The notes under the pieces: generated by a model
What the model saw: only the letters and a program-made list of their open reading frames with translations
Told to the model about the DNA's origin: nothing
Database searches by the model: none
Source of the DNA: an uncultured Gemmatimonadota bacterium
GTDB taxonomy: Bacteria; JAAXHH01
Reading direction: 5' to 3'
Length of the DNA: 64,000 nt
NCBI GenBank assembly: GCA_951812955.1
Contig: OX638340.1
Coordinates: 1,856,001-1,920,000, forward strand
In this document: positions 1-10,216 of the stretch, in pieces
Layout of the letters: each line of letters opens with the position of its first letter
How positions within the stretch are numbered: position 1 is the stretch's first letter
Position numbers and translations under genes: made by a program

Positions 1-2142
1 CCCGAGATCGAGCTCGTTGTCCGGTTGAGAGGTACAGAATCCGCGTGGCTGGTCGATCTCGGCAACACAATCTACTATGAACGCAAAGTCATCTGGGCGG
101 GATCGGACCTGTTCAGGATGTTCAGTTTTCCACTGGTCGCGGGCGACCCGGGCACCGCGCTGGCAGAACCGTATTCGATGGTGATCACCGAGGAATTGGC
201 AGACAAGTATTTCGGCGCCGAAGAAGCCATTGGCAAAGCAGTCAATCTCGACAATCGCTGGGACTTCACGGTGACGGGCGTCATGAAGAACATTCCTACC
301 AATTCTCACATGCGTCCAGACATGTTCGTATCCTATAGCACAATGATTGCGATACAGGCCTCCTGGGACCTGGAAGACTGGGAGTACCACCGAAACCTGT
401 ACACCTACATCCGGCTCCGCGAGCATGTGTCACCGGATGATCTGGAAGCGAAATTGCCGGCATTTCTGGAACGTCACGCGGGTGACCAGTACCGGGAGGC
501 GGGCATCAGCCTGCGGCCGTCGCTCCAGCCCCTGGTGGACATCCACCTCTATTCTAACCGGGAGAGTGAGCACGAACCCAACGGCGATATCCGGTACGTG
601 GCCCTCTTCATGGCCATCGCGTTCCTGATCCTTATTATCGCATGCATCAATTTCATCAACCTGGCCACGGCCCGTTCCGAGATGCGCGCCAGGGAAGTCG
701 GTGTGAGAAAGGTACTGGGCGCGAATCGGATCCAGTTGATCCGCCAGTTCCTGGGAGAATCGGTCCTCATGGCAGGTCTCGCCGCGATCGTTGCGGTAAT
801 ACTGGTCCATCTCGCCTTGCCTGCCGTGAACGATATCGCGGGGAAACAACTCGCGCTGCCGCTTGCTGACTGGACCGTGCTGGCCGCGCTGGCCCTCGGT
901 ACGACCTTGATCGGATTAACCGCCGGCAGTTATCCCGCGGCATACCTGTCGGGATTTCTTCCCGCCGTAGTAATGAAAGGCAACCCGGAGACGGGAAAGA
1001 AAGGCCTGGGGATGCGGCAGGCACTGGTGGTGATACAGTTCTCCATGTCCATCTTCCTGCTGGTCAGTACGGCCATCATCCATGATCAGCTCGATTACAT
1101 CCAGACCAAGCGGCTGGGTTTCAACAAAGAGCACGTTATGGTCGTCCCCATAACAGGTTCCCCGCAACTGCCAAATACGCCTGTCCTGAAGCAGCGCCTG
1201 TCGGAATTGCCCGGTGTCGTGGGTATCGCAACGACCACCGGCGTGCCAGGCATGCGGGTTATGCCTATCCTGGAGGTACGTCCCGAAGGAATGCGGCCTG
1301 AGGATCACCTGATGATGGCCACGCTGCACGTGGACGAGCACTTCCTGGACGTCATGAACATCGATCTCGTCGCTGGCCGGAACTTTTCATCGGACTGGGG
1401 TACGGATACGACCAGGGGGATCCTGATGAACGAGACGGCCGTCCGGTACCTGGACTGGGGAGCGCCCGACGACGCCATCGGCAGGCAAATCGAGCGGCTC
1501 AACTACAACAGGACGAAAGGCCGTGTGATCGGCGTGGTTCGGGATTTCCACCTGCGGACCATACACGAAGAGATCGAACCCGCATTGATCATGACCAGCA
1601 CCTATCACATTTTCGTCCTGATTCGAATCCAGCCCGAGGGAATCTCTGACACCATTGCACACATCGAGGAAATATGGAGGGATGTGGATCCCAGGTTTCC
1701 GCTGGATTATACCTTCCTGGACGAGGATTTCGACGCGCTGTACCGGACCGACCAGCAGCTTGGCGAGATCTTCGCGGTCTTCGCGTTTCTCGCGATCTTC
1801 GTGGCCTGCCTTGGACTCCTGGGTCTGGCTTCCTTTTCCATCCAGCAACGCACCCGCGAGATCGGAATCCGCAAAGTAGTCGGTTCATCGGTTTCCAGTA
1901 TCGTGTTGCTCCTGTCGAAGGATTTTATGAAGTACGTGCTCCTGGCGAACCTGATCGCCTGGCCGCTGACCTACTTCGTCATGAACAACTGGCTGCAGAA
2001 CTACGCCTACGCCGCGGAACTTCGATTCGAGTGGTTTATGGCCGGCGGTGTTTTTGCCCTGGTCATTGCCTGGTTGACGATCGGTGCGCATGCCCTCGCT
2101 GCGTCGCGTAGGAATCCGGTGAACGCGTTGCGGCAGGGGTGA
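1..2142 (+). CDS. ABC transporter permease, FtsX/MacB-like double-domain family (5'-partial; reading frame open from nt 1)
   Basis: The frame is open from the window edge. The C-terminal FtsX domain is present (…REIGIRKVVG…, TM helices). There is a MacB-like periplasmic core. It is a close paralog of the 20017..22422 product, with a nearly identical C-terminus (IAWLTIGAHALAA..RNPVNALRQG). Confidence 0.85.
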   Translation, partial: PEIELVVRLRGTESAWLVDLGNTIYYERKVIWAGSDLFRMFSFPLVAGDPGTALAEPYSMVITEELADKYFGAEEAIGKAVNLDNRWDFTVTGVMKNIPTNSHMRPDMFVSYSTMIAIQASWDLEDWEYHRNLYTYIRLREHVSPDDLEAKLPAFLERHAGDQYREAGISLRPSLQPLVDIHLYSNRESEHEPNGDIRYVALFMAIAFLILIIACINFINLATARSEMRAREVGVRKVLGANRIQLIRQFLGESVLMAGLAAIVAVILVHLALPAVNDIAGKQLALPLADWTVLAALALGTTLIGLTAGSYPAAYLSGFLPAVVMKGNPETGKKGLGMRQALVVIQFSMSIFLLVSTAIIHDQLDYIQTKRLGFNKEHVMVVPITGSPQLPNTPVLKQRLSELPGVVGIATTTGVPGMRVMPILEVRPEGMRPEDHLMMATLHVDEHFLDVMNIDLVAGRNFSSDWGTDTTRGILMNETAVRYLDWGAPDDAIGRQIERLNYNRTKGRVIGVVRDFHLRTIHEEIEPALIMTSTYHIFVLIRIQPEGISDTIAHIEEIWRDVDPRFPLDYTFLDEDFDALYRTDQQLGEIFAVFAFLAIFVACLGLLGLASFSIQQRTREIGIRKVVGSSVSSIVLLLSKDFMKYVLLANLIAWPLTYFVMNNWLQNYAYAAELRFEWFMAGGVFALVIAWLTIGAHALAASRRNPVNALRQG

Positions 2143-2184
2143 TTTCGAGGTTGGAGGATTAAACGGCTGGAGATCGATTGGGAA

Positions 2185-2535
2185 ATGTCCGATTACCAGA
2201 ACGCGAAACTGATCGTCTTATCCATCCTGGAGATTTCAAAGGACGCGATCCACATTCATATAGGATTGATCGTGTTTTTTGCAGCGGTGGTCCTATGGAA
2301 AAAAGGCTCGGTTGAAGGTCGTTGTCTGATCCCGGTCGTAATTGTTGCATCCTTGATGGAAATGCTCGATCTACGAGATCTCTATATCCAATCTGGCTCT
2401 TTACACATCGCTGCCCTTACAGCAAGTGTACACGATTTACTCAATACATTATTCTGGCCGGTGGTCATCGTAGCACTTGCCTGGATGAGTAATCTGAATG
2501 ATCACCGTACAGGCAGGAAACGCTTTGGAGCATAG
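2185..2535 (+). CDS. hypothetical small membrane protein (3-4 hydrophobic segments)
   Basis: 116-aa ORF whose GC (~47%) is clearly lower than the flanking genes. Hydrophobic stretches: IGLIVFFAAVVLW, LIPVVIVASLMEML, LFWPVVIVALAWM. No recognisable family. Confidence 0.3.
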   Translation: MSDYQNAKLIVLSILEISKDAIHIHIGLIVFFAAVVLWKKGSVEGRCLIPVVIVASLMEMLDLRDLYIQSGSLHIAALTASVHDLLNTLFWPVVIVALAWMSNLNDHRTGRKRFGA

Positions 2536-2700
2536 TTGTGGATTGGGTACGTGATTTCTATTCCAGGCAACACATCGCGCTTGCTCATGCGTAGTTCGTC
2601 TCAAAAAGGGCACGCAATCCAGTCATTGAGCATGTAGTGCATCCGCTCAGTATCCAAAGTAAGTCCTTCCCACCACGATTACCCCCAATCAAAGGCGCAA

Positions 2701-5106
2701 ATGGTTTTCCATTACCTCAGAATCGCCCTACGTAACATGATCCGGCAGCCTGGCTACGCCGGCATCAACATCCTCGGACTGGCGATCGGCATCACCTGCT
2801 GTATGCTGATTTTGCTGTATATCCGGAACGAACTGAGCTACGACCGTTTCCATGATCATGCCGATCGGATCTACCGTGTAGTAAACGGCAATTCCGCCCG
2901 CACGCCACCCGCAGTGGGACCGGCGTTCAAAGAACTGTTCCTGGAGGTAGAGGAATATGCCCGGATGCGGGGCACAGCCAATATCTGGATGATGGCCTAT
3001 GGGGACAATGCCTTCTTTGAAAGCGATGTCTTCAGGGCAAGCAGAGGCGTTTTCAAGGTCTTTTCTTTTCCGCTTGTACGGGGAAATCCACAAACCGCAC
3101 TGGACGACTATGCGCATCCGGAACAAACTGTCGTCATCAGCGAAACTATGGCGACTAAACTCTTCGGTGACGAAAATCCCATGGGCAAGCTGATCCGCGC
3201 GGACGATGAGGAAGACCTTCGTGTGACCGGTGTGATGAAAGCTGTGCCGTCCAATTCCCACTTCGCCGTCGAATATCTGGTTTGTGAGCGTCTCGATGTT
3301 GGAAATCTCAGCGAGCGTTACGCAACGAACTGGTTTGCTGCGGTGCATTTCACCTACGTTCTGCTGTCAGAGGGAACAGACCCCAGTGAATTGGAGAATA
3401 AAATCGCCAGATGGGCAGATACCTTTGAACCGCTGATGCGGCTCAAGGCGCGAGGCCTGCCCTTCACTCCCCGGCTACAGCCAATGACCGACATCCATCT
3501 GCGGTCGCACCTGGAAGAGGATATGGCAAGCAACAGCGATATCAGCTACATCTACATCTTTTCGGTCGTAGCGTTTTTTGTCGTTCTGATCGCCTGTATC
3601 AACTTCATGAATCTGGCCACGGCGCGGGCTACCATCCGGGCTAGAGAAGTGGCCATTCGGAAAACAACAGGCGCTTCGCGGACCGAGTTGATCATACAAT
3701 ACATGGGCGAGTCCATGATGTCGGCCGGGTTGGCCTTTGTAGTTGCCATGGCCCTCTTTATCGCCATCCTGCCCTGGTTCAATACGCTGGTGGGAAAGGC
3801 GTTTCAGATCAGTTACCTTGACAGTCCGGAGATGTTGCTCTGGATGATGGGCATAACGTTGTTTGTGGGACTGTTGTCCGGCAGTTATCCTGCGCTGTTT
3901 ATATCCAGGATTCATCCGGCAGGGATTTTCAGGGGTGAATTGACAAGCGGAACCACGGGTTCCACACTGCGCAAGAGCCTTGTGGTGGCGCAGTTCACGC
4001 TATCGATTCTGCTGATTATCAGTACGGCTATTGTGTATCAACAGCTGGATCACATGCAAAGTAAACAACTGGGATTCGATAAGGACCAGGTCGTGGTAAT
4101 CCCACTTATCGGAGGTGTGGAGCGGGATTTCAATGCCTTCAAGGCCCGGCTTTCCCAGAGTCCACATATTCAGCGTGTTACTCGATCTGTATTGATGCCG
4201 GGACGTATGGCCAGTTCCGTTCAAATGCCCGCCTTTGCAACACGTCTGGCAGATCAGCCTGAAGAGAAAATGGTCAGGATTCCCGCCCTGTTTGTTTCTG
4301 CCGATTTCGAAGAAACCCTTGGTCTCAGATTGCTTTCCGGACGTCCATTTTCCAGCGAACTGAACGATGATTCGAACAACGCGGTGATCCTTAACCGGGC
4401 CGCGGTTGAACGATTGGGGCTGACCACACCGGAGGAAGTCGCAGGACTTCATATACGTTACATAGGGAGCTCTCCAATCAGGATCATAGGCGTCGTAGAG
4501 GATTTCCATATGCAGAGCGTTCATAGTGCGGCAGGGCCGGTACAGCTGAGGTTCATGAACCGCGGTGGCGGCGGCCAGGCGGCGATACGATTACAGGCGC
4601 AGAATATACCGGATGGGATTGATGCGATTGAAGACACATGGGCTTCGATATTCCCCGACTACCCGTTAGCGTATTCGTTTCTGGATGAAGATTTCGAGCG
4701 ATTGTACGTGTCGGAACGACAGACCGGCAATCTGCTCGGGGCATTCAGCTTTCTAGCCATCTTCATTGCGTGTCTGGGCCTGTTCGGCCTTGCTGCGTTC
4801 ACCACCCGTCAGCAAACCAAAGAGGTCGGTATTCACAAAGTAATGGGGGCTTCGGTGACTCGTATCGTCTTTATGCTTTCAAAGGATTTTCTCAAGCTGG
4901 TAGCGATTGCCGTACCGGTCGCCTGGGTCCTGGCTTACTGGGCCATGAGCAACTGGCTGCAGAACTTCGCGTATCGGGTCGATATCGGCCCCGCGTGGTT
5001 CCTGATCGCCGCTTTCCTGGCACTGGCCATCGCACTGGCTACAGTCAGTTTCAAGGCGGTAACGACTGCGTTGACGAACCCGGTGGAGAGCCTGCGGTCA
5101 GAATAG
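2701..5106 (+). CDS. ABC transporter permease, FtsX/MacB-like double-domain family (801 aa)
   Basis: N-terminus MVFHYLRIALRNMIRQPGYAGINILGLAIGITCCMLIL is typical of FtsX-family permeases. It has two FtsX 4-TM modules with periplasmic MacB-like domains. It is more divergent from the other two copies. Confidence 0.85.
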   Translation: MVFHYLRIALRNMIRQPGYAGINILGLAIGITCCMLILLYIRNELSYDRFHDHADRIYRVVNGNSARTPPAVGPAFKELFLEVEEYARMRGTANIWMMAYGDNAFFESDVFRASRGVFKVFSFPLVRGNPQTALDDYAHPEQTVVISETMATKLFGDENPMGKLIRADDEEDLRVTGVMKAVPSNSHFAVEYLVCERLDVGNLSERYATNWFAAVHFTYVLLSEGTDPSELENKIARWADTFEPLMRLKARGLPFTPRLQPMTDIHLRSHLEEDMASNSDISYIYIFSVVAFFVVLIACINFMNLATARATIRAREVAIRKTTGASRTELIIQYMGESMMSAGLAFVVAMALFIAILPWFNTLVGKAFQISYLDSPEMLLWMMGITLFVGLLSGSYPALFISRIHPAGIFRGELTSGTTGSTLRKSLVVAQFTLSILLIISTAIVYQQLDHMQSKQLGFDKDQVVVIPLIGGVERDFNAFKARLSQSPHIQRVTRSVLMPGRMASSVQMPAFATRLADQPEEKMVRIPALFVSADFEETLGLRLLSGRPFSSELNDDSNNAVILNRAAVERLGLTTPEEVAGLHIRYIGSSPIRIIGVVEDFHMQSVHSAAGPVQLRFMNRGGGGQAAIRLQAQNIPDGIDAIEDTWASIFPDYPLAYSFLDEDFERLYVSERQTGNLLGAFSFLAIFIACLGLFGLAAFTTRQQTKEVGIHKVMGASVTRIVFMLSKDFLKLVAIAVPVAWVLAYWAMSNWLQNFAYRVDIGPAWFLIAAFLALAIALATVSFKAVTTALTNPVESLRSE

Positions 5107-5136
5107 GGAAGGTAGTCTGACAAGGCGGCCTGATAG

Positions 5137-6003
5137 ATGAACATTACTTTTCTCGGAACAGCGGCCGCGCCATCGATGCCGATCCCTTTCTGCGTCTGCG
5201 AGGTCTGTTCGGAAGCCAGAAGGGTTGGCGGCAAGAACCTCCGCCGGAGATCGTCGTTGGTAATCAACGATGATCTGCTGGTGGACATCGGTCCGGACAT
5301 CGCGGCCGCGTCATTCCAACAACAAATCTCGCTCGCCGGCATCGGCATATGCCTTCAAACGCACCCGCACGCGGACCATCTGGATATAGGATTTCTCCTC
5401 TCTAGACATACCGAATACGGGACGGAAGTCTCCGGCGACCTGTTGCTTGCTGGCTCAGATGAAACACTGCGCGTGATCGATGATTTTGTGAGTAAACAAA
5501 GTGCGTACGGGAGCATTTTCGATTCGGAAACACAGTCTGCGTTGAAGTTGAAACTTCTATCCCTTACGCCTTTTGAAGCATACAGTATAGATGGATACCA
5601 CATTACCGGATTTCCCGCCAGTCACGGCAACGATCAGGGGTTTCTACTATATTCAATTGTGCAGGGAGACCACGCCGTGTTCTATGGCACCGACACGTCG
5701 GTGCTGTCCGAAGAGGTCTGGGAACACCTTCAGCAGGAACGCACCATGTTTGACGTGGTCATACTCGATCACACCTACGGAATCGGTTTTGAATCCAGGC
5801 CGGCGGACCATCTGGCGTCGAAGGATGTTGCCGCCCACACGGATCGATTCCGCGAATGCGGATTGCTTAAGGACAACGGCTTGGTGTACGCGACTCACCT
5901 GTCTCATGAAGGGAACCTGGTGCACGATGAGTTGGATGAATACGCCAGGAATTTCGGCTATCGAGTGGCCTATGACGGGTTAAGTTTGAAGCTGGATGAC
6001 TGA
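5137..6003 (+). CDS. MBL-fold metallo-hydrolase, PhnP-like phosphodiesterase family
   Basis: HxHxDH motif (HPHADHLD). The N-terminal Cys cluster FCVCEVCSEARR resembles PhnP. Length 288 aa. Confidence 0.7.
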   Translation: MNITFLGTAAAPSMPIPFCVCEVCSEARRVGGKNLRRRSSLVINDDLLVDIGPDIAAASFQQQISLAGIGICLQTHPHADHLDIGFLLSRHTEYGTEVSGDLLLAGSDETLRVIDDFVSKQSAYGSIFDSETQSALKLKLLSLTPFEAYSIDGYHITGFPASHGNDQGFLLYSIVQGDHAVFYGTDTSVLSEEVWEHLQQERTMFDVVILDHTYGIGFESRPADHLASKDVAAHTDRFRECGLLKDNGLVYATHLSHEGNLVHDELDEYARNFGYRVAYDGLSLKLDD

Positions 6004-6078
6004 GTATCGCGCATCTGCGTTGTTCGCGTAACAACCCGGATAACAAATCGTTACTACCTATGGAAAAGACGATTTGAC

Positions 6079-7086
6079 GTGGAATTGGATATGGTATTCG
6101 AGTTGCCGAACCCCGAGTGGCTAAACCGCCAGTATGGTATCTGCTGGGACGGGCAGTACTGCGACATGAGCGGCAACTTTGCCCGTGTAGCCCGGATCGA
6201 GTCGAAGGATGACGGCAAATCGCTCGTCCTACGGATCTCCGACCCCGGTCGCATATCAAAAGAACGGCTGAAACGGGTACACTTGTACCAGACCCACGTG
6301 AATACGCAGGGTGTACGGACGGTCCTTCCGCTGAAGACCCTGGAAGGTGACACCGTTTCCACGACGGTACAGGGAATGACTATGGAGGTCTTTCCATTCA
6401 TCAAGGGGAGATCGCCCCAAAGAGGCAATTCCACGGACATTCGTCGGGTCGGTTGCGAATTAGGCAGACTGCACAGTGCCGGAACCGATTTCTCGCAACT
6501 GTACGACGAGGAAAGTCTGTTTCAAAACCATCTCGCAGTCAACCAGTTGATGGAAGAAGTCCGGGAGAAACGAGAGTCAACCAAGGATAAGATTTTTCAT
6601 GAACAGTTCATCGAGTACGTTGAGGAGACGGAACGCTGGATTGAAGCGATCGAAAGCCGGCGCAGCGGACTGGTTGAAACGGGTCTTCATATGGACACCG
6701 GCCCACAGAACATGATCATCGACAGTGAAGATGAACTCTGGTTTATTGACTGTGCCCATATGGTTAGAGGAAGGCGTGTGTTCGAGATATGCGTTACCCT
6801 GTACTACCTCGACCCCAGTTCTGGTAAACAGTTAGGTGAACCGGCCAGGTATCAACTCGCTGTTGAAAGCGTGGAAGCCGCCTTTCTGGATGGATACACG
6901 GATAACTGCGAACCTCCGTGGAGCGACCAGGAATCGGTGGCACTTGGGATCGAACGCATGCTTATGTTCATCCACGGAGTTACCTACTGGACGGAACGGT
7001 GGGATGAAGATACGGTCCTGAAAGAGTATGGCCGATGGAAAGAGTACCATACCGCCATGAGAGCAGAACTCAATCACATCGTGTAA
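6079..7086 (+). CDS. phosphotransferase enzyme family protein (APH/choline-kinase-like kinase fold)
   Basis: Brenner-type catalytic motif HMDTGPQNMII (HxDxxxxN) and downstream FIDCAHM (DFG-like). Length 335 aa. Confidence 0.55.
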   Translation: MELDMVFELPNPEWLNRQYGICWDGQYCDMSGNFARVARIESKDDGKSLVLRISDPGRISKERLKRVHLYQTHVNTQGVRTVLPLKTLEGDTVSTTVQGMTMEVFPFIKGRSPQRGNSTDIRRVGCELGRLHSAGTDFSQLYDEESLFQNHLAVNQLMEEVREKRESTKDKIFHEQFIEYVEETERWIEAIESRRSGLVETGLHMDTGPQNMIIDSEDELWFIDCAHMVRGRRVFEICVTLYYLDPSSGKQLGEPARYQLAVESVEAAFLDGYTDNCEPPWSDQESVALGIERMLMFIHGVTYWTERWDEDTVLKEYGRWKEYHTAMRAELNHIV

Positions 7087-7148
7087 TACGATTGGAAGAT
7101 CGATACGATGCAGGCAGGATTCACGCCGTGCGATAGAGAAACAACATT

Positions 7149-8054
7149 ATGACACCCATCAATCCAGACTACGTCCGACTGGTGACATCCGATATCGGCA
7201 ACTTCTGGCGGGCATACGACCTGTCGGAAGGCAAAACTACAGAAGAAAAGATCGAAATCTACAATACGGAATACCTGGCTAGAGGTAGCATTGGTCTCCG
7301 GGATTTTGTAGATGCCAGAATCAAGAGCGCCGAAGAGTTGGTCAAGGCTGTTGAGACTATGCCGAAGTTCTATGCTTCTATCAGAGAAAGTTCGAATCGG
7401 GTTCTGGAGATGACAGATCGAATTCGAAGCTATATGCACAACTTCAAGGCCCTTTATGACGATGCGATATTCCCGGACGTGTACTTTCTGATTGGTAGAA
7501 TGAACAGTGGCGGAACAACCTCGCAGAACGGTCTGCTCATAGGGACTGAGATACTATGTCGAACAGACGATACACCCGAAGACGAACTTCCACAGGTGTA
7601 TCGGAAACTTATCAAACCAATAAACTACCTGCCCTATGTGGTTATTCACGAACTCATACATCCCCAGCAGAAGTACAATTTCGAAGGCAACAAGCTCCTG
7701 GGGGGTTCCATAATGGAAGGAGCGGCCGATTTTCTCGGAGAACTTGCCAGCGGAGGACTATTGAACGAGCATCAGCACGAATATGGACGAGTTCACGAAA
7801 CCGAGCTATGGGAAGCGTTTTCTGAAGATATGCTTCAGGATGATTGGAGAAAATGGTTCTATAACTACTCTGATAATACAGGCGATAGGCCTCCCGATAT
7901 GGGATATTACATAGGCTACAAAATATGTGAATCATACTACGAGAAGATGGACGACAAACGGCAGGCCATACGAGACATCCTGGCTGTCAAGGATGCAACA
8001 GACGCACTTCGATTCCTGACAGAAAGTGGATACGGTAAATCGGGCCATCCATGA
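7149..8054 (+). CDS. putative Zn-dependent metallopeptidase (HExxH; DUF2268-like)
   Basis: HELIH motif about two-thirds of the way into the protein. The size and overall pattern are reminiscent of the DUF2268 predicted-protease family. There is no signal peptide. Confidence 0.4.
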   Translation: MTPINPDYVRLVTSDIGNFWRAYDLSEGKTTEEKIEIYNTEYLARGSIGLRDFVDARIKSAEELVKAVETMPKFYASIRESSNRVLEMTDRIRSYMHNFKALYDDAIFPDVYFLIGRMNSGGTTSQNGLLIGTEILCRTDDTPEDELPQVYRKLIKPINYLPYVVIHELIHPQQKYNFEGNKLLGGSIMEGAADFLGELASGGLLNEHQHEYGRVHETELWEAFSEDMLQDDWRKWFYNYSDNTGDRPPDMGYYIGYKICESYYEKMDDKRQAIRDILAVKDATDALRFLTESGYGKSGHP

Positions 8055-8072
8055 CTTCGACTTGCTCCTTGT

Positions 8073-9215
8073 TTGGCAATGAACGTGCTGCGGAATTGGA
8101 AAGGCAACATGAAATTAAAGTCCAATGAGTCTCTCGATCACCTGGTTCTGCAGCTGGAAGAACAGATCCCTCAGATTATGAGGGAAGCCAACGTTCCTGG
8201 TCTCTCGATCGCGTTGATACAGAATGTGGAAGCGGTTTGGACACATGGCTTCGGCGTAATGAACACGGAAACGCGTCAACCCGTGAAACCGGAAACCATA
8301 TTCGAAGGCTGTTCATTGAGCAAACCGATTTTCGCATATGCCGTGCTTAACCTCTGCGAGACGGGGATTCTGGACTTGGACAAGCCATTGTCCCATTACA
8401 GTCCTGATCCTTATGCGGCCGATGACCCCAGAGTTCAGATGATTACCATGCGACAAGCTCTTGCCCATACTTCCGGTTTACCAAACTGGCGCCCTGACTG
8501 CTGGGATTCAGAAGGATGGAATCCTGAAGGCAAACCTTTGCAAACCTATTTTGAACCCGGCGAACGTTTCAGCTATTCCGGTGAAGGATACATGTACGTG
8601 CAGCATGTGGTTGAGCATATTGCGGGTCAATCCGGCGAGTCTTATATGCAAAACGAGTTGTTCAATCCGGCGGGAATGGAGTTCAGCACGTATCTATGTA
8701 CATCGGATCAAGCCCCTGGTATGGCAACCGGGCATGATGAACACGGGCAACCGGTTAAAAAACAGATGTACAGGTCCATGTGTTCGGCCGCTAGCCTCCA
8801 TTCGACACCTTCGGACGTAGCTAAGATCTTGTGCGCCTGTATGCGACCCCGAACTGGTGCTTCCTGGCACATCAATGCCGAATTGGCGAAGGAAATGGCC
8901 ACCGCCCAGGTCCCGGTAAACGATTCTGCTTCGTGGCATGACAATTGGCCGGATGTCCCGGTAAAGGATGATCCCTTTGTTTCGTGGGGACTCGGTTGGG
9001 CTACTCAATACCATAATGGGCTAAAAGCTATCTGGCATTGGGGAGACAACGGTCCCTTCAAGGCATTTGCATTAGGGTATCCTGAAGAGGGAACAGGTTT
9101 AGTGGCCATGGCCAACGGATCAAATGGTTACAAGCTCTGGTCCGCGTTGTGCAGCATGGCATTGGGCGGAGAGTATCCCTGTATCGACTGGTTGGACCGG
9201 GTGGTGTATAGCTGA
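8073..9215 (+). CDS. serine hydrolase, beta-lactamase/transpeptidase-like family
   Basis: S-x-x-K active-site motif (SLSK) about 80 aa from the N-terminus. Class C beta-lactamase/esterase-like N-terminal pattern (…VPGLSIALIQN…GFG). Confidence 0.75.
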   Translation: MAMNVLRNWKGNMKLKSNESLDHLVLQLEEQIPQIMREANVPGLSIALIQNVEAVWTHGFGVMNTETRQPVKPETIFEGCSLSKPIFAYAVLNLCETGILDLDKPLSHYSPDPYAADDPRVQMITMRQALAHTSGLPNWRPDCWDSEGWNPEGKPLQTYFEPGERFSYSGEGYMYVQHVVEHIAGQSGESYMQNELFNPAGMEFSTYLCTSDQAPGMATGHDEHGQPVKKQMYRSMCSAASLHSTPSDVAKILCACMRPRTGASWHINAELAKEMATAQVPVNDSASWHDNWPDVPVKDDPFVSWGLGWATQYHNGLKAIWHWGDNGPFKAFALGYPEEGTGLVAMANGSNGYKLWSALCSMALGGEYPCIDWLDRVVYS

Positions 9216-9322
9216 TTGCGGGATACTAGTTCGAGACATTGAAGCCTCCGTTTTTGAGCGTAGTGAATTATGCCGTGCTGTAAAGTGGTCTCCAAATACT
9301 GCCTAAATTCAAAGTTGAAACA

Positions 9323-10087
9323 ATGGAAGAATCCCCTGATCGTCCAGTCGCGCTGGTTACAGGCGTGAGCCGAAAAATAGGCATCGGTGCAGCAATCTCT
9401 CTGGCCTTAGCCAAAACAGGTTGGGACGTGGCCACTTCTTACTGGCAACCGTACGATGCTTCCATGCCATGGGGTAGCGACGATACCGAAGCCGGAAAAA
9501 TCACTGATCAGATCCGTGGCTTCTCCGCAAGGACGGTTTCCATTGAAGCCGACCTTTCAGACACCGCGTCACCGAAGCGTATTTTTGATCGTATCGAAAG
9601 TTCACTTGGATCAGTAACCGCTCTAGTTATGGCTCATTGTCATTCGGTAGACAGCAGCATTAAGTCCACCACAATCGAGAGTTTCGATTTGCATTTTACT
9701 GTAAACGCTCGAGCTACATGGCTGCTGATCCGGGAGTTCGGGAGACGTTACCGAAATGAATATGGGCGGGGCCGTGTTATCTCGATAACCAGCGATCATA
9801 CTACGCACAACTTGCCTTACGGGGCCAGCAAAGGAGCCATGGATCGGATCGTCCTCGCGGCAGCGCAGGAATTCAGGGAACTGGGAGTCACGGCAAATGT
9901 TATCAATCCGGGTGGAACAGACACGGGTTGGATGTCGGATGATCTGAAGGAACGCGTACAAAGTGAGACACCGTTGGGCCGAATCGGCTTGCCTGCAGAC
10001 TGTGCCTGTCTTGTCAGTTTCCTCTGTTCCGAAGAGGGTGAATGGATCAACGGCCAGTTAATTTACAGCAATGGCGGTGTTCGGTAA
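9323..10087 (+). CDS. SDR family short-chain dehydrogenase/reductase
   Basis: N-terminal TGxxxxIG dinucleotide-binding motif (LVTGVSRKIGIG) and catalytic YxxxK (YGASK). Confidence 0.8.
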   Translation: MEESPDRPVALVTGVSRKIGIGAAISLALAKTGWDVATSYWQPYDASMPWGSDDTEAGKITDQIRGFSARTVSIEADLSDTASPKRIFDRIESSLGSVTALVMAHCHSVDSSIKSTTIESFDLHFTVNARATWLLIREFGRRYRNEYGRGRVISITSDHTTHNLPYGASKGAMDRIVLAAAQEFRELGVTANVINPGGTDTGWMSDDLKERVQSETPLGRIGLPADCACLVSFLCSEEGEWINGQLIYSNGGVR

Positions 10088-10216
10088 GGATATGGTCGTT
10101 GAAACAAGCGGCACATGCATTCCGCTTAACAGAAGGGTTTGCGTGGCGGAGATTCACTCTGGGCTCGCAATGCACGAGTTTCCGTAAGAATAAGATCAGT
10201 CCGAGAGGCCCAATGT

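Noticed and set aside
10139-10216. 26-codon N-terminal extension of the PRTase ORF
   Set aside because: The extension (MRGGDSLWARNARVSVRIRSVREAQC) is Arg-rich and unlike Apt N-termini. The ATG at 10217 gives an Apt-length protein.
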